Shown here: one piece after another, positions 54,334 to 63,719 of the stretch
How the letters are laid out: each line of letters begins with the position of its first letter
Numbering within the stretch: position 1 is the first letter of the stretch
The notes under the pieces: model-generated
Seen by the model: the letters and a program-made list of their open reading frames with translations, nothing else
Databases searched by the model: none
What the model was told of the DNA's origin: nothing
Source: a virus
Taxonomy: Duplodnaviria > Caudoviricetes
Length of the DNA stretch: 64,000 nt
Reading direction: 5' to 3' (one strand)
Virus record (IMG/VR): IMGVR_UViG_2775507097_000001
Location: 1 to 64,000 of that record
Position numbers and translations under genes: made by a program

Positions 54334-54732
54334 TCAGGAGGCTTGCGCCCCGAGGCTTACACCCAAAGATTGCAATGTGAATGTGTCGCCCGACGCCCAC
54401 GCCTTGCTGGCCGTCAGTGCCACCGAGAACAGGAACGTGCCGCCGCTGCTCGCGGTCCATACGGAGATGTCGGTGATGGTCTCCGAGGTGCCGCCGTTGG
54501 TCCAGGCCGGGTTCGTGCCGGTGAGGGCGAGTGCGGAGCCGGCGGACGATGCGGCATGCGTGAAGATCACGCGCGTGTTCGATCCGGCGCTGATCGCGGT
54601 GGTTCCGGCGGCGCCGGGGTTGGCGGTGTGGAGCTGCGCGTACTGGGCGGCGACGGGCCCGAAGGCGGCGCCCGCCGCCCTGAGCGTGTTGAGCCAGTTG
54701 GAGACCAGCGTGGTGGACAGTCCTTCAGCCAT
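54334..54732 (-). CDS. Putative virion structural protein
   Basis: QLHTANPGAAGT...VWTASSGGTFL...GDTFTL. Confidence 0.75.
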   Translation of the reverse strand: MAEGLSTTLVSNWLNTLRAAGAAFGPVAAQYAQLHTANPGAAGTTAISAGSNTRVIFTHAASSAGSALALTGTNPAWTNGGTSETITDISVWTASSGGTFLFSVALTASKAWASGDTFTLQSLGVSLGAQAS

Positions 54733-54856
54733 CGGTGGGCTCCTCTTCGTCGTTGAGAGGCGCGGCCTCGTCGGTGTCTGCTGGTGTCGGGTGGGGGGCG
54801 GGGGTGACTTCGCCGGAGGCTTCGATGGTCAGGGCGAACGTGTGCTCGTCGGCCAC
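54725..54856 (-). CDS. Small acidic protein (43 aa)
   Basis: GGAG RBS; LTIEASGEVTPA; overlaps next start. Confidence 0.55.
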   Translation of the reverse strand: MADEHTFALTIEASGEVTPAPHPTPADTDEAAPLNDEEEPTDG

Positions 54857-54935
54857 GGCGTCTCCTTCGATGGGGCGGGTCACGATCTGGTTCTTGCCGT
54901 GTACGCCGTGTGTGCGGGCTGTCATCATTCGCGGC

Positions 54936-55472
54936 ATGTCTGAGCTGACTGATGCGTCTGCCGTGCCGCCGATGCCCGAGAATCCGCCTGCTGCAGGGAG
55001 GCGTTGGCCGCGTCCACTGGTGACCGGGCTTGCCGGTCTCGCCGTCGGGGTGGTTGCGGTGGGCCTGGCGTGGGGCCTATCCAGCGGCGGCGGCGCAGGG
55101 ACATCGCCGGGCGCGAAACCGGTGAAGACCTTCACCATGAAGGGCGACATGAAGCTGGTGCTCAGCCTGCACGAGGCGCTGCAGCAGCTGTCTCAGGGCG
55201 GCCAGTGCATGCCACGCCATAGCGGCCCGTACATGGACATCCAGGAAGGCGCCACTGTGACGGTGTACAGCGCCAGCGGAAAGGTCGTTGCGACGGGCGC
55301 GCTTCAGCAGGGCGTGCCGAGCGCCACGGATTGCACGTTCCCTTTCACGGCCAGCGGCGTGCCCGAGGGTGAAAAGTTCTACCAGGTAGAGGTCGAGCAC
55401 TCGGGAAGGAAGCCGGTGTCGGCGCAGAAGGCCCGCCAGGGCGAGGTCCTCATCGAGCTCAAGTCGGGCTGA
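54936..55472 (+). CDS. Membrane-anchored exported protein, opposite strand (moron-like)
   Basis: TM LVTGLAGLAVGVVAVGLAW; Cys pair; YQVEV; start re-called. Confidence 0.75.
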   Translation: MSELTDASAVPPMPENPPAAGRRWPRPLVTGLAGLAVGVVAVGLAWGLSSGGGAGTSPGAKPVKTFTMKGDMKLVLSLHEALQQLSQGGQCMPRHSGPYMDIQEGATVTVYSASGKVVATGALQQGVPSATDCTFPFTASGVPEGEKFYQVEVEHSGRKPVSAQKARQGEVLIELKSG

Positions 55473-55487
55473 GGCTGGGCGGTCTGT

Positions 55488-55754
55488 TCAGTCGTCGGCG
55501 CGCCAGTGCCAGGTGCCGCCATCTTCGGCGGACCCCTCGTAGGCGACCTGCTCGTTGAAGAACATCCCTGTGGGGTTGAGCACAGCCAGGCTCACCACGG
55601 CTGGCGCTGTAGTGACGCCATGCTCGTCTTTGCCCCGGTCGGTGCCCGCCACAACCGCGGTGATGACCGCTGCGCGGCACTCCTTGCCGTACTCGCCGCC
55701 AGGGGTGCCGTAGCTGACGTAGTGGACGATGTCGCCGACGCTGGGCTCAGGCAT
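55488..55754 (-). CDS. Hypothetical phage protein
   Basis: PSVGDIVHYVSYGTPGGEY...RAAVIT...GTWHW. Confidence 0.8.
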   Translation of the reverse strand: MPEPSVGDIVHYVSYGTPGGEYGKECRAAVITAVVAGTDRGKDEHGVTTAPAVVSLAVLNPTGMFFNEQVAYEGSAEDGGTWHWRADD

Positions 55755-55800
55755 CGAGTGTCCTTCGGGAGCGGAGGCGGATGAAGGCCGATCAGCGAGG

Positions 55801-56157
55801 CTAGCTGAATTCGCGGTCGTTGAAGTCGTGGCCGCAGGACTTGAAGTCGTTGGCGCTGGTCCTGCCGTACTGCCGTTCGGGGGGCCGGTTGAGGTGGTCG
55901 ATGCCGTCGGCCTTGGCGTGGGCCAGGTCGAGCAGCTCGGCGAGGCTGCATTCTCGGCCGTACTCATCGACGATGGGCCCGGACAGTGCGCGTCGCACCC
56001 AGTGGGCGAAGACTTCGTCGCGCGGCCATTCGGGGTCGGCGCGGAACAGGAATCGCCAGCCTGCGGACGACTTGCCGAGGTGGATGCGCTCGGATTCCGC
56101 GCAGTGCTCGCAGGCGTTGGGGCAGGACGGGGTGTTGACGTAGTAGTTGGTGCCCAT
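55801..56157 (-). CDS. Hypothetical phage protein
   Basis: MGTNYY...HLGKSSAGW.F...DEYG...EFS. Confidence 0.8.
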   Translation of the reverse strand: MGTNYYVNTPSCPNACEHCAESERIHLGKSSAGWRFLFRADPEWPRDEVFAHWVRRALSGPIVDEYGRECSLAELLDLAHAKADGIDHLNRPPERQYGRTSANDFKSCGHDFNDREFS

Positions 56158-56159
56158 GG

Positions 56160-56984
56160 TCAGCTCCAGGTCCAGCCGCGCACGTACTCGATGTCCATCT
56201 GGGCGCTGGTGTTCGGCTTCGGCGCGGCGCCTTCGAGGGCGGTCTCGTTCTGGATGTCCCAGCTCATCGGCGTGTTGGGGACCGCGGTGGTGCTGTGGCC
56301 GGCCGTGCGCCCGTCGATGGTCAGGGTGACGCTGCCGGGCTGCCAGGTGATCACGGTGGTGTGCCAGTCGGTCCACTTCGCGCGGGCGTCGTAGGCGTCC
56401 TGGTCGCCGCCGATGCTGTTGAGGTGGTGGGCGTAGCCGTTGACGCTGCCCGTCCAATTCCCCTCGGGGAAGTCGATCTCACAGTTCGGGCAGGCGCTGT
56501 CCGTCACGGGCCAGAGCAGGTGCGCGCTCTTGTAGCCGGTCGCGGCCTTGGAGACTCGCCACCGTTCTTCGTACCGCCCGTACCGCTGGCCCATCAGGGC
56601 CTTGGGTACGACGGTCGCGGAGTGGACGGGGCCGCTGGCGCCGCGCCACATGCGGATGTGGAGCTGGCCGCCGGAGATCCACAGGGTGGTGGCGGGGTCG
56701 TAGTAGCCGCCGACCGGGTAGTTGCGCTGGGTGGCGGTGTCGGGCCAGCCCGCGGGGTACGTCCACCAGGCGGCGCGGACGCTGCCGGTGAGGCCGCCGC
56801 AGTACGCCTTCGGGGTGTCCGCGGCGTGGTTGCAGTCCGTGAAGTGGCCCTTGGCGACGGGGGTGTTGAATCCGTCGGCGTAGCGGAGGTGCCAGGTTGG
56901 GGTGCTGCCGGCCGCGGTGGGTGCGGTGAGGCTGGCGAGCAGGAGGCCGGCGGCGAGTGCGGCGGTGGTGAGGATGCGGCGCAT
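56160..56984 (-). CDS. Secreted glycoside hydrolase family 16-like protein
   Basis: Signal peptide; YGRYE, LLWP, EIDFPE catalytic motif, WHT..I.W.P. Confidence 0.85.
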   Translation of the reverse strand: MRRILTTAALAAGLLLASLTAPTAAGSTPTWHLRYADGFNTPVAKGHFTDCNHAADTPKAYCGGLTGSVRAAWWTYPAGWPDTATQRNYPVGGYYDPATTLWISGGQLHIRMWRGASGPVHSATVVPKALMGQRYGRYEERWRVSKAATGYKSAHLLWPVTDSACPNCEIDFPEGNWTGSVNGYAHHLNSIGGDQDAYDARAKWTDWHTTVITWQPGSVTLTIDGRTAGHSTTAVPNTPMSWDIQNETALEGAAPKPNTSAQMDIEYVRGWTWS

Positions 56985-56997
56985 GGCACCCCCAGGT

Positions 56998-57237
56998 CTA
57001 TGGCGTGGTGTTGCTGGGTGTGGGGTCCGACGCTCTCGGTGTAGTGGTCGGCGTGGGTGTGGGCGAGGGCGACACGGGCGGGGTCGGCTGGAGTGTCGTG
57101 GATGGCGCCGTGCTCGGCGACTTGCTCGGTGTTGCCGTTGTGGTGCTGGGTGCCGGGCTGGGGTTGTCGTGGGTGCAGGCGACGGGTCCGACGAGGAATC
57201 CGGCGACGAACAGGGCGGTGATGAGGGGGCGGCGCAC
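56998..57237 (-). CDS. Small Pro/Thr-rich lipoprotein-like protein
   Basis: Signal peptide ending PVAC then P/S/T-rich tail. Confidence 0.6.
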   Translation of the reverse strand: MRRPLITALFVAGFLVGPVACTHDNPSPAPSTTTATPSKSPSTAPSTTLQPTPPVSPSPTPTPTTTPRASDPTPSNTTP

Positions 57238-57411
57238 GGTTCTCCTCGTATGGGGTGTTGGCGAGTCCCGCCGCCCTCGGCGGGGGTCCGATCGGGCGGC
57301 GGGACGCTCAGGGTTTGTGTCCGCCCGGTCCCCTTCCCAAGGGCCGGGCGGACGTGGGCCGAGCGCGTGGCGCTTCGAGGCCCGTCCCTGCGGCGCCCAC
57401 CGCAGGGAGAT

Positions 57412-57651
57412 CTAGGCGGCGTCGACGATCCGGGTCCGTCCCTTGATTTCGGGCGGCGGCGTCGGGGTGATGACCTCTCGGGTTTCCTTGTCACGCTCGG
57501 CTGGGTCGATCTCCATGAGGTCGTAGCGGGCGTTCTTGCCCTTGCCGTAAACCTTGATGCGGCCTTCGGATGCCCAGCGCCAAATGGTGCCGACGGGTCG
57601 TCCTGTCCAGAAGGCGACGTCGGCGGCTGTGGCGAGCGCTACGGAGGGCAT
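57412..57651 (-). CDS. Small HTH DNA-binding protein
   Basis: AFWTGRPVGTIWRWASEGRI...ARYDL.E. Confidence 0.75.
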   Translation of the reverse strand: MPSVALATAADVAFWTGRPVGTIWRWASEGRIKVYGKGKNARYDLMEIDPAERDKETREVITPTPPPEIKGRTRIVDAA

Positions 57652-57671
57652 GGTCACCTCCAGATACGACG

Positions 57672-57698
57672 AAGGCCACCCGTGTGGAGGGTGGCCTT
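57672..57698 (-). terminator. Terminator-like hairpin
   Basis: AAGGCCACCC/GGGTGGCCTT. Confidence 0.55.
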
Positions 57699-57777
57699 AG
57701 CGCGAAAGTCGTGCGATCTAAGCAGAGCCTGACTTCGCGATCACTGATTGTCAAGCCCATACGGCTTTTTGCGCCCC

Positions 57778-58551
57778 TCACGCCACTTTACGGCGCCCTT
57801 CAGCGAGCGACCTGAGATCGGATAGCAAGTAGAGGCTCACGCCGTCGTCGTCTACCACGAAGGGTTTCAGCTTGCCTCGGTGTTGCCATACGGCCGCCGT
57901 GTTGTGGCGGATGCCCAGGAGACTGGTTGCTTCCCTGAGGGTGGACAGGTCCGGCTGGAGGGGAGGCCCGGGTGTTACGGCAGCAGTGGCGGGTCTGCGT
58001 TCCAGCCCCGCCAGCGTGGGCCATTCCGGGTCCGGGGGACCGAACTGATCCGCCACAGCTGCAATGTGCGCATCTAGCGCTTCATCGCGACGGAAGTACT
58101 CTCCCCTGCTGGTCACCCGGATGTTGCGGAATTGCTGGTGACGCAGCGACTCCCCTTCGCGGCCGCCGGGTTCCCAGGCAAGCACCTCGTCGGGGAGCAG
58201 TGCTTCGAACCTCTTGTACGGGCTGGTTGTCGTCCCGATTTTCACGAGGCGCCCGCGGAGGGCGTAGTACACGATCGATGCGGGGATGCGCCCCGGCTGG
58301 CGTGCGGCTGCCAGCCGCTGTTGCTCCGCAAACTTCTCCCGACCCGCCTCTACGGCTGCGCCAACCTCTTGCATCGTCAGCGTTCCCCGCTCTGTGCGCT
58401 TTTGCTGGAGCTGGACTGCGATGAAGGTGAATGCCGGGTCGTCTGTGTCGATCAAGTCCATGAGGGTCTGGATACTGCGCCGAACACCATCTCCGACACG
58501 GATCCTCTCCTGCCAGTCTCGGGACAGGCGAGGTCGCCTAAGCTGTGGCAT
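57778..58551 (-). CDS. GIY-YIG/T5orf172-like domain plus C-terminal HTH
   Basis: VYY....LVKIGTT...R...E...H..F...GEYF; TLREATSLLGI. Confidence 0.8.
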   Translation of the reverse strand: MPQLRRPRLSRDWQERIRVGDGVRRSIQTLMDLIDTDDPAFTFIAVQLQQKRTERGTLTMQEVGAAVEAGREKFAEQQRLAAARQPGRIPASIVYYALRGRLVKIGTTTSPYKRFEALLPDEVLAWEPGGREGESLRHQQFRNIRVTSRGEYFRRDEALDAHIAAVADQFGPPDPEWPTLAGLERRPATAAVTPGPPLQPDLSTLREATSLLGIRHNTAAVWQHRGKLKPFVVDDDGVSLYLLSDLRSLAEGRRKVA

Positions 58552-58663
58552 GTCGATCTCCTCTGAAGGTCGGCCACGCCCCGGGATCGGTCGCACGGTC
58601 GCCGGGGTCTCAACTGTCCCAATTCTACCGGCTTTTGGATCTATTCGCCGGGATTCTTGCAGG

Positions 58664-59104
58664 TCATTCGGGGTGGCAGCAGTTCATGGCGTCGCATTCG
58701 TCCGGCAGATGCCAGTCGCCTCGACACCCGCACGGGCAGCCGCCCATCTTCCCGGAGGCGATGAGCTTGCGGGCTTTGGCGAGGAGCAGGTTCTCGGGGA
58801 TCGGGCCGAGCTGGGCTTCGAGGACGGCGTGGACGTTCCACCGCATGCGCCAGTTCATGGACGAGGTGCCGGGGGTGCGCCGGACGGCGTCGAGGAACGC
58901 CTCGTCGGGGATGTCCTTGCACTGCATCGGGCGGCCGTGGACGAGACGGATTCCGTCGGGACGTACGGTGCCCTCGCGCAGGTCGGGGTGGAAGGCGAAC
59001 ATGAAGGACGCTTGTGCCTTCTGTAGGGCGTCGACTGCGCGGCTTGCGTCGATGGTGATCTCGATCGTTACAGGCTCGGGCTCGTCTTCAGGCTGCTCGT
59101 TCAC
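58664..59104 (-). CDS. Hypothetical protein
   Basis: MQCKDIPD...LLLAKARKLI...GCPCGCRGD. Confidence 0.7.
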   Translation of the reverse strand: MNEQPEDEPEPVTIEITIDASRAVDALQKAQASFMFAFHPDLREGTVRPDGIRLVHGRPMQCKDIPDEAFLDAVRRTPGTSSMNWRMRWNVHAVLEAQLGPIPENLLLAKARKLIASGKMGGCPCGCRGDWHLPDECDAMNCCHPE

Positions 59105-59448
59105 GGCGTCCACTCCTCGCCTTTGTGGTCGGGGTGCCCGGCAAACGGCTGGGCCAGGAGGCACAGTGTCTTCTCGGCCGCGTCCAGTGCCCCGTAGTGG
59201 TCGACTTCCGTGTCGCCCTCCGCGGCCGTGAGCATCCCGACCATGTGGTCGATGAGGGCGAGCTTGGCTTCGACGTCGGCAAGGACGCGGGCAGGTAGAC
59301 CACAGTTGCAGGCGCCTGTCTCGTTGTTTGGGTGCAGGACGTCAGGCAAGGACTCGCAGTCTCTGTGATGCGACTCTTCCCATACGTCCTGCTGACGGGC
59401 AGCATCCTCGGCGAGCCGTGCCCGCAGGAAGTCGGCGATCTCGTTCAC
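59101..59448 (-). CDS. DUF6221-like protein
   Basis: DFLRARLAED...RVLADVEAK...LAQPFAGHPD. Confidence 0.8.
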   Translation of the reverse strand: MNEIADFLRARLAEDAARQQDVWEESHHRDCESLPDVLHPNNETGACNCGLPARVLADVEAKLALIDHMVGMLTAAEGDTEVDHYGALDAAEKTLCLLAQPFAGHPDHKGEEWTP

Positions 59449-59648
59449 GGCTGTCTCCTGACTGTGGGCCGTCCGCCGATCCCGGTTTTGATGCTGCCGC
59501 CGGGGTGGAGGTGGCCGTCGGCTTGGGCGAGCATGTCGAGGCCGCGTCCGAGGACGGCGACGGGGTCTTCGCCGCGGTAGCAGCGGCGGAGGATCTGCCA
59601 CATGCGGATTGTGGGCTGTACGAGGGGCAGGGAGCGCAACCCGGTCAC
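59445..59648 (-). CDS. Small hypothetical protein
   Basis: GTGA overlaps at both ends. Confidence 0.5.
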   Translation of the reverse strand: MTGLRSLPLVQPTIRMWQILRRCYRGEDPVAVLGRGLDMLAQADGHLHPGGSIKTGIGGRPTVRRQP

Positions 59649-60352
59649 GCTGCGACTCCTGCCGTCTCGGCAAGCACTTGTTCTTGTGCGGCGCGGAGTT
59701 GGCGCCACTCTCCCAGGGTTTCCCAGCGGGTTCCGCAGGTGGCGCATCGGACGCGGTGGGAGGTGGCTGTGGCGGTCAGTGGCTGTCCGCAGAGGGTGTT
59801 GTCGGTGCGGGTGGGGCATAGGCCGATGGCGACGCGGCCGGGCCGGCGTTCGTTGTTGACGATGGCGGTGCATTCGCCGTGGAGTTTGCGGAGGTCGTCG
59901 ATGTCCTGGCCGACGGATTCGTAGCTGGAGCAGGCCCAGAGCAGGTTGTTGGCGAGGAACGTGGCGTGGGCGGGTACGGCCTGGGCGGGGCTGCCGCGCC
60001 AGGGGGCGACTGTCCAGCCGAGCGCGTTGCGCCACGCGTCCTCGATGTCACGGAGCCGGGCTGCGACGCCGCCGGGGCCGACGAGGGCGAGAACTTCGAG
60101 CCGGGGCGGGATGGGCGGGGTCTTCGAGCCGGAGCTGCCGCCGCCTATCCGGCGGGCGCCGCGCATGAGGGCGGCTGCGGTGTTGAGCTGCCGGAACAGG
60201 GTGGGGAGTTCGGTGATGCGGCGGCTGGTGGCGTCTTCGCAGGGCCGGCAGGCCTGGCGTCCGGTTTCGGTGATCCAGAGTTGCCGGTTGCAGCGGGGGG
60301 TGCTGCAGGTCGGCCACAAATAGTCGTCGAGCGCGGTGGGCTGGTCGTGCAC
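59645..60352 (-). CDS. Zinc-ribbon-containing phage protein
   Basis: C...C, CRPC, IGLCP...CG..L...VRCATCG..W. Confidence 0.75.
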   Translation of the reverse strand: MHDQPTALDDYLWPTCSTPRCNRQLWITETGRQACRPCEDATSRRITELPTLFRQLNTAAALMRGARRIGGGSSGSKTPPIPPRLEVLALVGPGGVAARLRDIEDAWRNALGWTVAPWRGSPAQAVPAHATFLANNLLWACSSYESVGQDIDDLRKLHGECTAIVNNERRPGRVAIGLCPTRTDNTLCGQPLTATATSHRVRCATCGTRWETLGEWRQLRAAQEQVLAETAGVAA

Positions 60353-60688
60353 GGTCGGCTCCCTCGTCTGCGGGCCGGCCCCGCTGCCCGGGGGAAGTTG
60401 GGCGAGCCGGAGCACTTCGGCTTGGTGTTGATGCTGTCGCAGGTTGGGGGGTTTGTCTGAGACGCCTTCCCCCGGGCGGGACCGTGAGCGCGCATGAGGC
60501 GGCCCCGCCGGTCTGGGGATGACTGGCGGGGCCGGTGTGCTCGGGGCCTGGGGAGGGCTGGTCCGAGCTGGGTGTTGCGCGGCTTGCGGTGCTTGGGGCG
60601 GGGGGACGCTTCCGGAGCTCCGGGCCGTGCACGTCTGATGGTGGCGTACGGGCGGGGCTTTGTCTGAGCCGCTTCCCCCGGGGCTGGC

Positions 60689-61357
60689 TCACCGCCAGGG
60701 CGGGAGCCCGCCGTTGGCCCACTGCACGAGCGCGTCGCCGTTGATGAGGCGGATCGGCTGGGGCAGCATCGCGTTGGTGTCGACGGCGGCGCGGGTGAAA
60801 CCGGCGGTGGTGACGATGGCGGCAGCGTGGCAGTGGTGGATGTCGCGGTAGACGCCGTTGGTGGTCTGGACGACCGGGGAGCCGACGTTGTTGCCGTCCT
60901 GGTGGTGCTTGCACTGGATGAGGATGCGGCGTCCGTCGTTGAGGTGGACGAGGACGTCGGCGCCGCGGTCGTTGGCCTGGCCTACGGCGGTGGCTCGGGT
61001 GACGGAGGGGTCCTTCTGGGCGAGTTCGGCGATGGCGCGTTCGAAGCGGGCCGGGGTCATGCGGTGGAAGGCGTCCAGGGTGCGGCGGCCGCGGGCGGGC
61101 AGCGCGGGTCGGTAGAAGCTGAGGCCGTTGATCCTCTCGATGAGCGGGGCGAGGCGGCGGGGCCGGACGGCGCGCAGGACGAGCAGGGCACCTATCAGGG
61201 CAAGTGTGGTGGCGGTGAGGACGGGCCAGGTCTTGGCGATGCCCATGAGGGTGATGGCGATGCCCGCCCACCACCAGCCGAGGCGGGGTAAGCGGCGCCG
61301 GTAGCGGGTTCGGGTGGGGCGCTTGGTGCGGCGGGTCGTGTTGTGGGTGGCGGTCAT
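60689..61357 (-). CDS. Membrane-anchored Mrr-like (PD-(D/E)XK) nuclease-domain protein
   Basis: Two TMs; FERAIAEL, DRGADV, IQCKH, VTTAGFT, LINGD.L. Confidence 0.88.
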   Translation of the reverse strand: MTATHNTTRRTKRPTRTRYRRRLPRLGWWWAGIAITLMGIAKTWPVLTATTLALIGALLVLRAVRPRRLAPLIERINGLSFYRPALPARGRRTLDAFHRMTPARFERAIAELAQKDPSVTRATAVGQANDRGADVLVHLNDGRRILIQCKHHQDGNNVGSPVVQTTNGVYRDIHHCHAAAIVTTAGFTRAAVDTNAMLPQPIRLINGDALVQWANGGLPPWR

Positions 61358-61389
61358 GAGGGTCTCCAGGTGAGGGGCGGGGGCGATGG

Positions 61390-63669
61390 CTACGCGTCGG
61401 TGTCGTCCGGGGCCGGGCCGAGGCCGTAGTAGCCGCGGACTTCCTTGCCGTTCTCGGTCTGGCGGTGGATCTTGTCGGCCTTGACGAGGCGGGAAAGCGC
61501 GTTGTCGAAGGTGGATCCCTGGACTCCTGCGAGCTTGGCGATCTCGTTCTTGTCCTTGTAGATGACGTCGATGCCGAGTGGGTCGGAGACGTCCTCGAGT
61601 GCCCGCAGGATCTTGTCGTCGGCGCTGGCGGGCTTCTTCGGGGTGAGGTCGATGCCGCTGAACAGGACGGAGCTGCCGCCGTCTTGGTCGTCGCTGTCCT
61701 CGTCGCTGGGCAGGACGGAGCGGGCGGCGAGTTCATGCCGGTCGTCCCAGAACGGCCAGTCGGCGGGGTGGGTGATGTTGTTGGTGTCGATGTAGGGGGC
61801 GGCGTCCTCGAGGATCCACATCCGCATCATCTCGGCGTGTCCGCCGGGGCTGGCGGCGAAGGCGAGGCCGAAGGTCCGCTCGGGGTCGTCCGGCGGGGTG
61901 TTGGGGTCGTACACCATTTCGCGGTCGCCGGACCAGGCCGGGGGGATGTCGGCGGGGTTGCAGCCGGCGAAGTTCTCCGGCAGGTCGATGAGGGTCTTCT
62001 GCTGGGAGTCAGAGCGCAGCAGGATGAGGGATCCGCCGTAGAAGATGTTGTCGCGGATGGCTGCTTCGCCTCCGAGCTGGTCGAGTTGCATGATCTGGTT
62101 GGCGAGGATGATCGGCATGCCCATGGAGCGGCCCAGGCTGGCGCCGGCCTTGATGATGAACTTGGCTTCCTTGCGGTGTTCGGCGCTCTCTCCGAGGAGC
62201 TGGCTGGCCTCGTCGAAGATGAGGGGCGCCCAGGGGCGTTCGGGGCTGGGCTGGAAGTTCTTCATCTGGTCGCGTGCGGACTGTTCCACGCGGTGCATGA
62301 GGCCGTGGTACCAGATGCGCAGGGAGCCCATGGCGTCGTCGATTCCGAGGCCGGGGTGGGCGGCCATTTTGGTGATGGCTGGGTTGGAGGATCCCTTTGG
62401 GTCGGCGTAGATGATCGCGGATCCGTTGACGTGGTGGGCGAGGGCGATGAGCTGGAGGGTGCCGCCCTTTCCGGATCCGGTGACGCCGGCGACAAGGACG
62501 TGCTGGGAGCCCAGGGCGGGGTCGTGGAGCTGGATGCGGGCGGGGAAGCCGGAGACGCCGGGGCCGATCTGGATGTAGCCGTTCTTGTTGGGCTTCAGGA
62601 CGTGCAGGCCGGGGAACGCGGCGCCTTTCTGGAGGGGGTTGTGGGTCATCTTGCGGATGACGGCTTCGCGGGGGTTTTGGCGGGGCTCGTAGGAGATGAG
62701 GATCGGGGTGGTGCGGAGGGCTCCGGCGAGGGCGTTGCGGTCGGGGTGCGGAAGTCGGTCGAGGTCTTCACCTGCGACGACGAGGGCGACCTGGCCGCCG
62801 GTGTTCGGGTCGTCCTGGACGTTCTCCAGCTTGGTGCCGGCCATGAGGCCGCCGGGCTTTGACACCCACTTGCGCCATGCGCCAGTGAGGGTGGTGGGGT
62901 CGAGTTCGGCGGGTGCGACGAGGTTGACGGTGATGTGGCGTTCGCCGGCGTGGGCGCCGTGCTTGAGCTTGATCCAGCTGGGGTCCCGCTTGAAGAGGCT
63001 GGAGATGGTTTCGGCTGTGACGGTGACGGAGGATCCGGCGGGGGCGGTGATGGTGCCGGTCCAGCGGGCGGGGCTGGTGGTGCGGACGGTGAGGTCCTGG
63101 CGTTTGTGGCTGCCGGTTTCGGTGTTGGAGATGTGGTCGTACCAGCGGCGTGCGATGCGGTCGGCGTCGGTGAGGGGCAGCGTGGCCGCGGCTGCGGCGG
63201 TCTGACCGACGGCGGCGGTGGTGGCGGTCTTGGGCGGGCGGCCGAAGAAGTTGCGGAGCTTCCACGGGACGATGCCGACCGCGGCCCACCAGCCGAGGGA
63301 GACGATCCCGGGGATGGAGGGCAGGCCGAGGATGCCGGCCATGAGGGCGTCGGCGCCATCGGATCCGAGGAGGGTGCCCATTCCGAGGGCCATGCCAGTG
63401 GTGAGGGTGCTGATGAACATGGGGCTCTTGTGGGCCTGGACGATGTCCCCGGCGGGGAGGTTGCCGATCAGGCCTGCCGGTAGCCGGTTCATGTAGTTGG
63501 CGGTCATGAATCCGGCGGCGCCGCCGTAGGCGATGGCCGCGGTGAAGGCCGCGCCGCCGTCGAGGAACGGCGCGATGATGCCGGTGGCAAGGGGTGCGGC
63601 GCTGGTGATGACGGCGATGGTGCGCTCTGCGGAGGCGGCGCGGGGCTGGGCGGCGGCGGGCGTGGTCAC
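61390..63669 (-). CDS. FtsK/TraB-like conjugative DNA translocase
   Basis: N-terminal TMs, HVLVAGVTGSGKG Walker A, LIFDEA Walker B, C-terminal winged HTH EIAKLAGVQGSTFDNALSRL. Confidence 0.85.
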   Translation of the reverse strand: MTTPAAAQPRAASAERTIAVITSAAPLATGIIAPFLDGGAAFTAAIAYGGAAGFMTANYMNRLPAGLIGNLPAGDIVQAHKSPMFISTLTTGMALGMGTLLGSDGADALMAGILGLPSIPGIVSLGWWAAVGIVPWKLRNFFGRPPKTATTAAVGQTAAAAATLPLTDADRIARRWYDHISNTETGSHKRQDLTVRTTSPARWTGTITAPAGSSVTVTAETISSLFKRDPSWIKLKHGAHAGERHITVNLVAPAELDPTTLTGAWRKWVSKPGGLMAGTKLENVQDDPNTGGQVALVVAGEDLDRLPHPDRNALAGALRTTPILISYEPRQNPREAVIRKMTHNPLQKGAAFPGLHVLKPNKNGYIQIGPGVSGFPARIQLHDPALGSQHVLVAGVTGSGKGGTLQLIALAHHVNGSAIIYADPKGSSNPAITKMAAHPGLGIDDAMGSLRIWYHGLMHRVEQSARDQMKNFQPSPERPWAPLIFDEASQLLGESAEHRKEAKFIIKAGASLGRSMGMPIILANQIMQLDQLGGEAAIRDNIFYGGSLILLRSDSQQKTLIDLPENFAGCNPADIPPAWSGDREMVYDPNTPPDDPERTFGLAFAASPGGHAEMMRMWILEDAAPYIDTNNITHPADWPFWDDRHELAARSVLPSDEDSDDQDGGSSVLFSGIDLTPKKPASADDKILRALEDVSDPLGIDVIYKDKNEIAKLAGVQGSTFDNALSRLVKADKIHRQTENGKEVRGYYGLGPAPDDTDA

Positions 63670-63719
63670 GGCGTTCTCTCCTGGACTAGGGGTCGGTGCG
63701 GGCAGGGGGCGGGTGGGGG

